Of a stretch of DNA of 64,000 nucleotides, positions 1-7,640 are shown piece by piece. The position numbers were made by a program, and so were the translations under genes. The stretch covers positions 1-64,000 of the forward strand of contig CAWCVB010000006.1 in assembly GCA_963798915.1 (NCBI GenBank), written 5' to 3'. Within the stretch, counting starts at the first letter, position 1; every line of letters begins with the position of its first letter. The notes beneath the pieces were generated by a model. It was not told the origin of the DNA. It did not search any database and saw only the letters and a program-made list of their open reading frames with translations. The DNA is from an uncultured Gemmatimonadales bacterium. GTDB lineage: Bacteria > Gemmatimonadota > Gemmatimonadetes > Gemmatimonadales > GWC2-71-9.

Positions 1-933
1 GCGCTCCCTTGGCGCGCGGAGCGTTGCAGAGGCTGCTCACCGACGCACGCCAAGCCATCCATGAAGGCGCCCCGGTCGGCTCGGCACTCGCTGCCGGGAT
101 GGGGCTCGTTCCTGGGGGTCATAACCGGAATGGTGGCGCCGGTGAACGAGCCGGACGCCTGGGCCTGGCACTGGATCGGGCAGCGTCGCACCTGGAGCAG
201 GAGGCCGAACTGCTAGGGAAGCTTCGCCAGTCGTTGGCGTATCCGGTCATGCTGGCTGTCACCGGAACCATCTCCGTGCTCGTGATCGGCACTGTGGTTG
301 TTCCCCGGTTCGCGGCCCTGCTCGCGGATCTGGGACAATCGCTTCCGCACTCCACCCGGTTGCTGCTGGCCGGTTCCGCCTTGCTCTACCCGGCATGGTC
401 CCGTCCTGGCTGGAATCGCGATCGTTATCTCCATCGTGCTGTACCGGGATGCACTATACGATCGGCGGTTCTCTTGATTCACCACGTGCTTCTGTCATTG
501 CCGGTTGTCGGGGCAGTGCGTCATTCCCTCGCATCCGCCCGATTCTGCCGAGCGCTGGCAAGCACGCTGACAGCGGCATGCCGGTCCTTCCGGCACTCAG
601 CGCCGGGGCGGAAGCGTTGGGTGACGCGGCGCTGCTGTCACGTCTGGAGCGGGTCCGCGAGCGGGTTTCCCGAGGCCAGCCGCTTGCGAGTTCACTCTCA
701 GCGGAGCGCGCCGTCGTCCCGGTATGTGCCCAGTTGCTCGCGGTAGGGGAGGCCGGCGGGCGTCTGGCGGACCTGGCGGAGCGGGCCGCCGATGTGGCAG
801 CGGGCGAAGGCGAGCGGTCGCTGCGCACGCTTGTCGCCGTCATCGAACCGCTCTTCATCCTTTCTTCGGCGGCATAGTCGTCTTCGTCGCGATGGCGCTG
901 CTGCAGGCCGTATACGGACTCAGGCCGGTATAA
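1..933 (+). CDS. gspF: Type II secretion inner-membrane platform protein F (5'-partial, several frameshifts)
   Basis: GspF/PilC motifs are spread over three frames: GERAGRLGLALDRAASHLE..LRQSLAYP..VVVPRFA (9..746), GMPVLPAL..VGEAGGRL..VIEPLFIL (395..877), FGGIVVFVAMALLQAVY* (724..933). Confidence 0.85.
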
Positions 934-1196
934 CCCGACAGGGCTTCACGCTGGCGGAACTGATCGTGGTGCTTGCCATTATGGGAATTCTGTCCGGCGT
1001 TGCCGCGTTCGCGGCCAGCGGCGAGATGAAGAATGGATCTGGAAACGCTCTCGATCAGGACCTGGTGCTCCGCGACTCAGCCGTGTCCCTCGGGCGCCGC
1101 CTCACACGGCGTTTCACCGACTCCGCCGGAGTCACTTTCTGGACGACGTATCAGCCGGATGGCCGCGTCATACGTGGTTCAGCCCTTGGCCGGTAA
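930..1196 (+). CDS. Short type II secretion pseudopilin (GspH-like), ~88 aa
   Basis: Prepilin motif TRQG|FTLAELIVVLAIMGIL with E5. The in-frame codon overlapping the gspF stop is ATA (ATAA, where the operon otherwise has NTGA overlaps). Confidence 0.7.
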   Translation: MTRQGFTLAELIVVLAIMGILSGVAAFAASGEMKNGSGNALDQDLVLRDSAVSLGRRLTRRFTDSAGVTFWTTYQPDGRVIRGSALGR

Positions 1197-1198
1197 AA

Positions 1199-1258
1199 GA
1201 CATGGGACACGAGACACGAGACACGGGACTTGAGACACGAGACACGAGACACGAGACA
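1199..1258. repeat. Heptanucleotide tandem repeat (GACACGA)n, ~8.5 units
   Basis: gacatgg gacacga gacacga gacacgg gacttga gacacga gacacga gacacga gaca read directly. Confidence 0.95.
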
Positions 1259-1277
1259 GTCGGTCGAAGGAGAGCAA

Positions 1278-1624
1278 TTGATACGCAATGAACGTGGTGT
1301 AGTCCTGCTCGAAGTGATCATCGCCCTGACGATTCTCTCGGTGAGCGGCCTCTCGATGACAGCGCTGGTCTCGGCCGGGTTTGACGTCCAGCGCCAGGTC
1401 GAGGCACGGGAGCTGGAGCTACGCAGTGCCGACCGCGTCCTTGCTGCATACGCGCTTCTCACGCGCGACGAGCTCGACCTGCGCCTGGGTCAGCGTAAGG
1501 TCGGCGAGTTCCGGGTAACGGTGCAACGGCCCGACCCCGCTCTCTATCGGGTCGGCGTCGCAAGCGATGACGCACCGGACCCGCCCTGCTGGTAACGGTG
1601 CTCTATCGGCCGCCATCTCCATGA
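1278..1624 (+). CDS. gspI: Minor pseudopilin GspI-like (frameshift near 1580)
   Basis: AAGGAG RBS then TTG 1278; NERG|VVLLEVIIAL prepilin motif. The shifted frame LLVTVLYRPPSP* ends at an ATGA overlap with the next gene. Confidence 0.7.
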
Positions 1625-2151
1625 TCAATCGACGTAGCGGGTTCACGCTGATCGAGCTGCTGGTGGCCATCACCGTTGCCGGCATGGTGCTCCTCCTGGC
1701 GCACGCGCTTTTCGGGGCGGTTGCCGATGGGGCTGCGCGTATCGGACGGCACCATGCCGAAGCCGAGGCCCGGGCTGCGAGTCTCAGCTGGATGCATGAG
1801 ATACTGCGCTCGGCTGAAATCGGCCGGCCGGATGACGGCGGATTCGAGGGCGCGACCGATTCCGTGGCATTCACCGGCTATCTCCGGACGCCGGGAGGCT
1901 GGCCGGAGCGGCGCCGGATCACGCTGAAGACGGAATCGGGGGGTCTTCTGCTCCTGGCCGGTGACGACACGCTGCCACTGCAGCGCGGAGTAAGAGGAGT
2001 CTCGTTCGATTATCTGCTGGAGCCGGGAGCCGGCTCCCGATGGGTCAATGAGTGGCATTCCCCGGTGAGTGTGCCTCTGGCCATCCGCCTTCGACTTGCC
2101 GACTCACTCCGCGTGGATACGATGCTTTTTCTCGTCGGGACGCGGGGTTGA
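1621..2151 (+). CDS. gspJ: Minor pseudopilin GspJ-like
   Basis: MINRRSG|FTLIELLVAI; C-terminal W..EW...VPLAIRLRL typical of GspJ; position between I and K. Confidence 0.75.
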   Translation: MINRRSGFTLIELLVAITVAGMVLLLAHALFGAVADGAARIGRHHAEAEARAASLSWMHEILRSAEIGRPDDGGFEGATDSVAFTGYLRTPGGWPERRRITLKTESGGLLLLAGDDTLPLQRGVRGVSFDYLLEPGAGSRWVNEWHSPVSVPLAIRLRLADSLRVDTMLFLVGTRG

Positions 2152-3007
2152 ACGTGCCTGCTCGCTCCCGTCGCGGCTTTGCGTTGCTCACCGTGCTCTG
2201 GCTGGTGGCGCTGCTTGGCGGCGTGACGAGTGGTCTGCTCATGATCGTGCGGCACGAGCAGAACCTGAGCCAGAACCGGGTCGCGCTGACGCGGGTTCGC
2301 TGGGCCCAGGATGCCTGCCTCGGAATCCTGCAGGCGCACTATGCCCGGCAACAGGATGTCCGCGTCGTTGATTTGACGGACCTAGGCCGGGGAGTCTGGT
2401 GCAGAGCCGCAGTGACGGATCTTACGGCGCGGGTGAACCTCAACCTTGCGCCGCGAGCCCTGCTGCGGGCCGCATTGGATAACGATTCACTGGTTGACGC
2501 GCTCATGGACTGGCGGGATCCCGATTCGGCGCTCACCGGCCGTGGTGCGGAGCAGGGCTGGTACGCCGCGCACCGGCGTGATGGCCCGCGCAACGGCCCG
2601 TTCCGCAGCGTGGCCGAACTCACCCTGGTACGCGGGTTCGAGGCGGCACCTGATGCGTGGCTCGACGCGATCTTCACGGTCGAAGGTGACGGACGGATCA
2701 ATCCCACCTGGTTCCTCCCGCAGTGCTGAGTGGCATCCCCGGCCTCGATGCGGAGGCGGTTCATGTGCTCACGCTGCGACCGCCGGTGGCCGGCCTCGAT
2801 CAGCTTGCGAGCCGGGTGTCCTCCGCCTCGCGCCGCACCCTGTCTTCGGCATATCGAGAACTGAGCGCGCAGCTCGCCTTCCAGCCCGCCTGGCTGCAAG
2901 TCAGGCTCGAAGGCGGTGTGGGCGGCACCGCGGTCATCGCTGCCGAGCGGGTGCTCGCGGTGCCACTCGAATCCCGGCTGGCCATCATCATGCGGGAGCC
3001 CTGGTGA
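2148..3007 (+). CDS. gspK: Minor pseudopilin GspK (frameshift near 2705-2720)
   Basis: RRG|FALLTVLWLVALL lacking E5; RVNLN, DALMDWRDPD, GAE..Y, PRNGPFRSVAELTLVRG, GRIN motifs; continues in ORF 2723..3007. Confidence 0.85.
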
Positions 3008-4011
3008 CCCGGCGCCTGCTGCTTCGTATCTCCGGCGGCCACGTCCGGGCAGAACTTCAGGCCGATGGTAAAGCCTCGTGGGCGGCGGAGGCGGCCTTCA
3101 CGACAGCGGACGAACTGGAGCAGGCCATCGCCCAGCTGGCCGGTGAGCTGCCGCCCGGCCGGCGCCGACATGCCGACGTGCTGCTGCTCCCGCCCATGGT
3201 GCAGGCTCGGCGCCTGACTGACGTGCCGCCGGTACGAAGCCAGCGCGCGCTCGACGGAATCATCGCCAACCAGGCGAATCGCTATTTCCGACGCAACAGC
3301 CACCCGCTGGTCACTTCCGCTCGTCGTGTGAGACCAGGATGTTGGTTGGGCCGGGCGAAGCCGTCGCCCGTGGCAGCGGCCGCAGTCGAGCAGCAGTGGC
3401 TCGATGCCATTGGATCGGGACTCGATGCCGCGGGACTGGACGAGGGTTTCATCAGTGCGGGCCCGGAGCCTGGCGGGCCAGAATTTCGCTCCCGCAATGC
3501 CATGCTGTTTCATGCTCGGCGCACGCGCAGGCAGATCCTTAACCTCACCGTCATGGCCCTGGTCCTCTGGTCCGCGGCCGCCGTCACGTTCATCGCCCGG
3601 GCCCGGCAGGTCAAGGCCACGCTCGTGTCCCAGATCGCACGGTTGCAGGAACCAGCCTCGGCGGCGGCCAGTGCGCGCCGGGCACTGGAGCAGGCGCAGG
3701 AGGCTCTGGATTCGGTCTCGCTCTCCCGCCGCAGCACAATACATGCGCTCAGTACCATCGCAGCCCTTTCGGCAGCGATTCCCGACAGCGCCTTTCTCAC
3801 GTCACTGGAGTGGAGTGCCGCCGAGGGGGGCGCGGGCGCGGGCAGTTTGACCGGGGCCGGGCGGCACGCCGTCAACGTGATCGCGGCGCTGGAGCGTGCC
3901 GGAATGCCGCAGCCACGGATGGAGGGCGCGCCGGTGGTTGATATGTCCGGTGCGGAGCCACGCGAGCGATTCCTCATCCGGTTCGGAGCGGCATTGGAGG
4001 CCGGGCAATGA
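3004..4011 (+). CDS. gspL: GspL/PilN-like assembly protein
   Basis: GTGA overlap with gspK; cytoplasmic domain, single TM (ILNLTVMALVLWSAAAVTFIA), coiled coil, PilN-like LSAAIPDSAFLTSLEW..LTG. Confidence 0.6.
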   Translation: MTRRLLLRISGGHVRAELQADGKASWAAEAAFTTADELEQAIAQLAGELPPGRRRHADVLLLPPMVQARRLTDVPPVRSQRALDGIIANQANRYFRRNSHPLVTSARRVRPGCWLGRAKPSPVAAAAVEQQWLDAIGSGLDAAGLDEGFISAGPEPGGPEFRSRNAMLFHARRTRRQILNLTVMALVLWSAAAVTFIARARQVKATLVSQIARLQEPASAAASARRALEQAQEALDSVSLSRRSTIHALSTIAALSAAIPDSAFLTSLEWSAAEGGAGAGSLTGAGRHAVNVIAALERAGMPQPRMEGAPVVDMSGAEPRERFLIRFGAALEAGQ

Positions 4012-4571
4012 CCTCGCGCGAAGCCCGGGTGGTCAAGGTGGCGGGGGCGATCGTCATCGCAGCGCTGTTCATCCGGATGATTCCTGCCGTCACCCACCGG
4101 TGGCAGCGACAGCGGCTGCAGTTGCGGCAGCAGGCGGCGCTGGTTGCACGGTTCGAGCGCGAAGTCGAGTTCATCGGAGGCTTGTCCGAGCTGGCAGACA
4201 GCGTCCGGCGCCAGTTCCTCGCGTTGGACACCGCCATTCTTGCGGGGCGCACCGGCGCGGAAGCCGATGCCAGCCTCTCGGCCCATCTCAATCTTGCCGC
4301 GGACCGTGCCGGCACTCTGCTGCAGCAGGCGGTGCCCGTGGCAGATTCCGCAACAGCCGGCGCTCTCCATCGAGTCACGGCACGCGCCACCTTCGCGGGA
4401 GATACCCGCGGCATCGTCGCCACGCTCCGGTCGCTGGCGGAAGACCCGGTGTCCATGGCAGTGCGCACGGTTCGTATCGTGGCTCCTGACCCGGGCTCGC
4501 CCGATGGCACCGCCGAGACCTTGTCGCTCGAGCTGCAGGTCTCGGCGTGGTATCAGGAGCGGCGTCCATGA
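4008..4571 (+). CDS. gspM: GspM/PilO-like assembly protein
   Basis: MTSREARVV + N-terminal TM + coiled coil + ferredoxin-like C-terminus; operon position after gspL. Confidence 0.6.
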   Translation: MTSREARVVKVAGAIVIAALFIRMIPAVTHRWQRQRLQLRQQAALVARFEREVEFIGGLSELADSVRRQFLALDTAILAGRTGAEADASLSAHLNLAADRAGTLLQQAVPVADSATAGALHRVTARATFAGDTRGIVATLRSLAEDPVSMAVRTVRIVAPDPGSPDGTAETLSLELQVSAWYQERRP

Positions 4572-5050
4572 GAAGACTCGCTCGAGCCGGCCTGCTCGGC
4601 CTGACACTGGGCGGGGCTGTTGCGCTGGTGATCGCGGCACGTTGGGAACTGGTGAGGTGGGTGAGCGCAGCCGAGACGCGGATTCATCCTGCGGGCGTCG
4701 TGTTGCCGGCGTTCGACGTTGATTCATTGGGGCAGGTGATGGTGCGGGCGGCAGTGTTCCGGGAGCGGCGAACGCTCGCGCAGGTTGCCTTCGACCCGGT
4801 GCATGCCGGCGGAAACCAGTCGCCGGCGCCGGTCGCTGGTCCGCCGAGGCCCGCCATCCTGCTGGTCGGGATTGCATGGAGCGCTGCGCCGGTGGCGCTG
4901 CTCGATGGCGTGCCGGGCGTGGACGGCAGCCGAGCGATGCAGCGCGGCGACACGGCCGGTGGTCTCAGAGTCCGACGGATTACGCCAAGGGAGGTGGTGA
5001 TGACGGGATATGACACGACCTGGACGCTCCGCATCCGGGAGTTCCGATGA
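4568..5050 (+). CDS. T2SS-associated membrane-anchored protein (GspC/PilP-like candidate)
   Basis: ATGA overlaps on both sides; N-terminal TM; LLVGIAW..ALLD..GD..GGLRVRRITPREVV resembles the GspC HR/PilP beta-domain. Confidence 0.45.
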   Translation: MRRLARAGLLGLTLGGAVALVIAARWELVRWVSAAETRIHPAGVVLPAFDVDSLGQVMVRAAVFRERRTLAQVAFDPVHAGGNQSPAPVAGPPRPAILLVGIAWSAAPVALLDGVPGVDGSRAMQRGDTAGGLRVRRITPREVVMTGYDTTWTLRIREFR

Positions 5051-6516
5051 AACGTCCATTGCTGATCGTGATGCTCGGGCTGGTTGCGGGCGTGCCGTCT
5101 CTGCGGGCGCAGGACTCGTCGGGCGTCACGCTGCGGGTGACTCCGTCACCATTCACTTCGTCGAAGCCGACATGCGGGCGGTGATCCAGGCGCTGTCACA
5201 GTATCTGCCCAAGCCGCTGCTCACCATGAACCTGCCGGGAGACCGCGTCACCTTGGAGACGCCGGCTCCGGTGGCGCGGGAGAATATCCTCCCGCTGCTC
5301 AAGGGACTGGCTGAGGCGCATCGCCTCAGTCTGACGGAGGATTCCGCCTACTTCCGGCTGGGGCCCGTCCCCGCTGCGCAACCGCCAGCGCCAGCGGCGG
5401 CAGCCACAGCGCAGGGAAACACTCAACTCTTCGTGATTCATCTCAAGCATGCCAACGCGCCTGACGTGGCGGCAACCGTCAACATGCTCTATGGCGGCAG
5501 CGGCGCCTTCTCTGGCGCTGGACTCTCGACCGGAACGCTGTCGGACGAACTGCGCCGGACCAGCGCCGCGACCATGGCGGGAGGCGCTGCCGCGCCGGCC
5601 GATGCAGCCGGCGCGCCGGCGGGCGGCGCGGTGATCGTGCCCGACGCCCGCACCAATTCGCTCCTGATCCGTACCACCGCCGCCAACTTCACCCTGCTGC
5701 AGGATGCCGTGGCGCAGCTCGACACCCGGCCGCTTCAGGTGCTGATCGAAGTGCTCATCGTGGAGGCTCGGCGCGACAAGTCATTCTCGCTGGGCGCCGA
5801 CCTGGATCCTGGCGACCCAGGATCTGGGTAACGGTGCCACTGTGGAAGGTACCGTGAGCGGTGCCGGCGTGGGTGACGTGGTGCTCAAGTTCATGGACCT
5901 GGCCAAGGGACGGATCGATGCGCTGCTGAGCGTGGCCGAGTCGCGCGGGGACGTGAAGATAGTCTCCCGGCCGGTGCTGCTGGCGTCGAACAACACCGAA
6001 GCCCGGTTTCTGGTGGGCACCCAGCGCCCCTTCGTGCAGGTGAGCCGCAGCCTGCCGACCGATACCCCGAGCCGGGACCAGGTGGTGCAGTACAAGGACG
6101 TGGGCACCAAACTCACCGTGCGGCCTACAATCAATGAGGATGGCTACGTCTCGCTGGTCATCCAGCAGGAGATCAACGCCGCCACCAGCGAGACCCAGTT
6201 CGACGCCCCGATCATCTCCACTCGGGAGGCCTTCACCCAGGTGCTGGTGCATGACGGCCAGACCATCGTGCTGGGCGGACTGCGGGACCAGCAGTGGGAC
6301 CGGTCGCATTCCGGCGTGCCCCTGCTCTCGGGGATTCCCATCATCGGCGGCCTCTTTGGCAGCACCAGCCGGCGAAGCAGCGCCACCGAGCTCTATCTCT
6401 TTCTCACGCCGCGCATTCTCAGGACCGATGCGGACGCGGATGCGGTGACCCAGCCGAAGCTGCCGGCGTCCGAGCGGACCGATTCGGTGGCGGCGCAGGA
6501 GGTGCCGGCGCCATGA
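5047..6516 (+). CDS. gspD: Type II secretion secretin, short form ~490 aa (frameshifts near 5135 and 5810-5840)
   Basis: Signal peptide MKRPLLIVMLGLVAGVPSLRA; HFVEADMRAVIQAL (N0); LKHANAPDVA..VPDARTNSLLI..QLD.RPLQVLIEVLIVE; YKDVGTKLTVRPTIN; GVPLLSGIPIIGGLF..ELYLFLTPRI. Confidence 0.9.
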
Positions 6517-7485
6517 GCACGGCTGCGCTGAGCGCCAGGCTTTCCCTGGTACCTGACGATATGGGGCCGGAGATCATCACGGTCTCGGAGGCCATGCTGG
6601 ATGCCATCGCCGACGCGGATCGCTATGCGGTCCAGGGCTTCCCGGTGCTGCTCGTGGGTGAGACGGGGACCGGCAAGGAGCTCGTTGCCCGACGCATTCA
6701 TGCTCGGAGTGGGCGCCGCGGCGAGCTGGTGCCCGTCAATTGTGCCGAGCTGCGGCCGGAGCAGGCGGCGAATCTGCTCTTCGGGCACAAAACGTGGCGC
6801 ATTCACGGGCGCTACTGAAAGCACAACGGGGTTCGTGCGCCGGTCGTTGAGAGGCACGCTGTTGCTGGATGAAGTGACGAGTTTGCCGCTCGAAAGTCAG
6901 CCGACCTTGCTCCGGGTCCTGGAGACCGGCGAGGTCACGCCTTTCGGCGATGACAAGGCCGTGGAGGTTGATTTGCGGGTCGTGGCGGCGGCGCAGCCGT
7001 CGATCCGGCAGATGCTGTCGTCGGGCATGGCCCGGCTTGACCTCTTCGAGCGGCTCGCCGTCGCCACGGTTGTGCTGCCGCCGCTCAGGGCGCGCCCGGC
7101 TGACATCCGGTTGCTGGCGGAGGCGTTCGCGAAGCAGCAGGGAGTCCGCCTCCATCCCGGTTTGGGCGTGCAGCTTCAGGGTCACGCCTGGCCCGGTAAT
7201 GTACGAGAGCTGAAGTCGGTCATTGCACGGGCGGCGGCGCATGCGATGGGAATGAGCATCGGGAGCGAGGAGCTGGCAAAGGCCATGCAACCGGATCTCC
7301 TGACCCCCACGAACCTGGAGGAGGAGGCGCACCGGGTGCAGCAACGGGAGCGCCTTCGCGACCTCTGCGTCGAGGCCGCTGGCGATTGGCGCCGGCTGGT
7401 GGAGCTCACTTGCCTGAGCCGGGCAAGCCTGTACCGACACTTGGGAAAGCACGGGTTGCACCTGCGACACTTCCGGCATTCTTGA
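6513..7485 (+). CDS. Sigma-54-dependent enhancer-binding protein (AAA+ plus HTH, no sensor/receiver domain; frameshift at A-run ~6789-6793)
   Basis: Walker A GETGTGKE, VNCA, LFGH(K)RGAFTGA, Walker B LLLDEV, WPGNVREL, C-terminal HTH SRASLYRHL; ATGA overlap with gspD. Confidence 0.88.
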
Positions 7486-7526
7486 GAATTCTCACGGTCC
7501 CACGAGAAAAAATGAGAATATGAGAC
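7483..7526. promoter_or_regulatory. Candidate upstream activator sequence (palindrome plus GAGA repeats)
   Basis: Perfect 12-bp palindrome TGAGAATTCTCA (7483-7494) followed by CGAGAA, TGAGAA and TGAGAC half-sites, ~70-110 bp upstream of a -24/-12 element. Confidence 0.45.
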
Positions 7527-7549
7527 TAATCCGGAGCGTCGAAGTGACG

Positions 7550-7562
7550 TAACTCGTTGGCT
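7550..7562 (-). promoter_or_regulatory. IHF-like binding site
   Basis: Reverse complement AGCCAACGAGTTA has 2 mismatches to WATCAANNNNTTR; lies between the candidate UAS and the sigma-54 promoter. Confidence 0.4.
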
Positions 7563-7590
7563 GGTGAGTACGTCCTCGTCACGCTCGACG

Positions 7591-7605
7591 CGGCACGCCG
7601 CCTGC
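7591..7605 (+). promoter_or_regulatory. Sigma-54 (-24/-12) promoter of the rhs gene
   Basis: CGGCACGCCGCCTGC: GG(7592-3)-N10-GC(7604-5), close to TGGCACG-N4-TTGC; followed by GGAG RBS (7631) and GTG (7641). Confidence 0.6.
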
Positions 7606-7640
7606 CTTATCCGATGGGCATTCCCTTACCGGAGCCCATT

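Noticed and set aside
1199..1258. Repeat as a CRISPR array
   Set aside because: 7-bp tandem units with no spacers; no cas genes in the window.
7480..7497. Second Rex site (shares AATTCTCACG with the nuoA operator)
   Set aside because: The left half-site matches TTGTGAA poorly; better explained as the activator's palindromic site.
7557..7640. ORF-track start of the rhs gene at 7557 (or ATG 7614)
   Set aside because: Both lie upstream of the start site predicted from the sigma-54 promoter; GTG 7641 has an RBS and yields a normal signal peptide.
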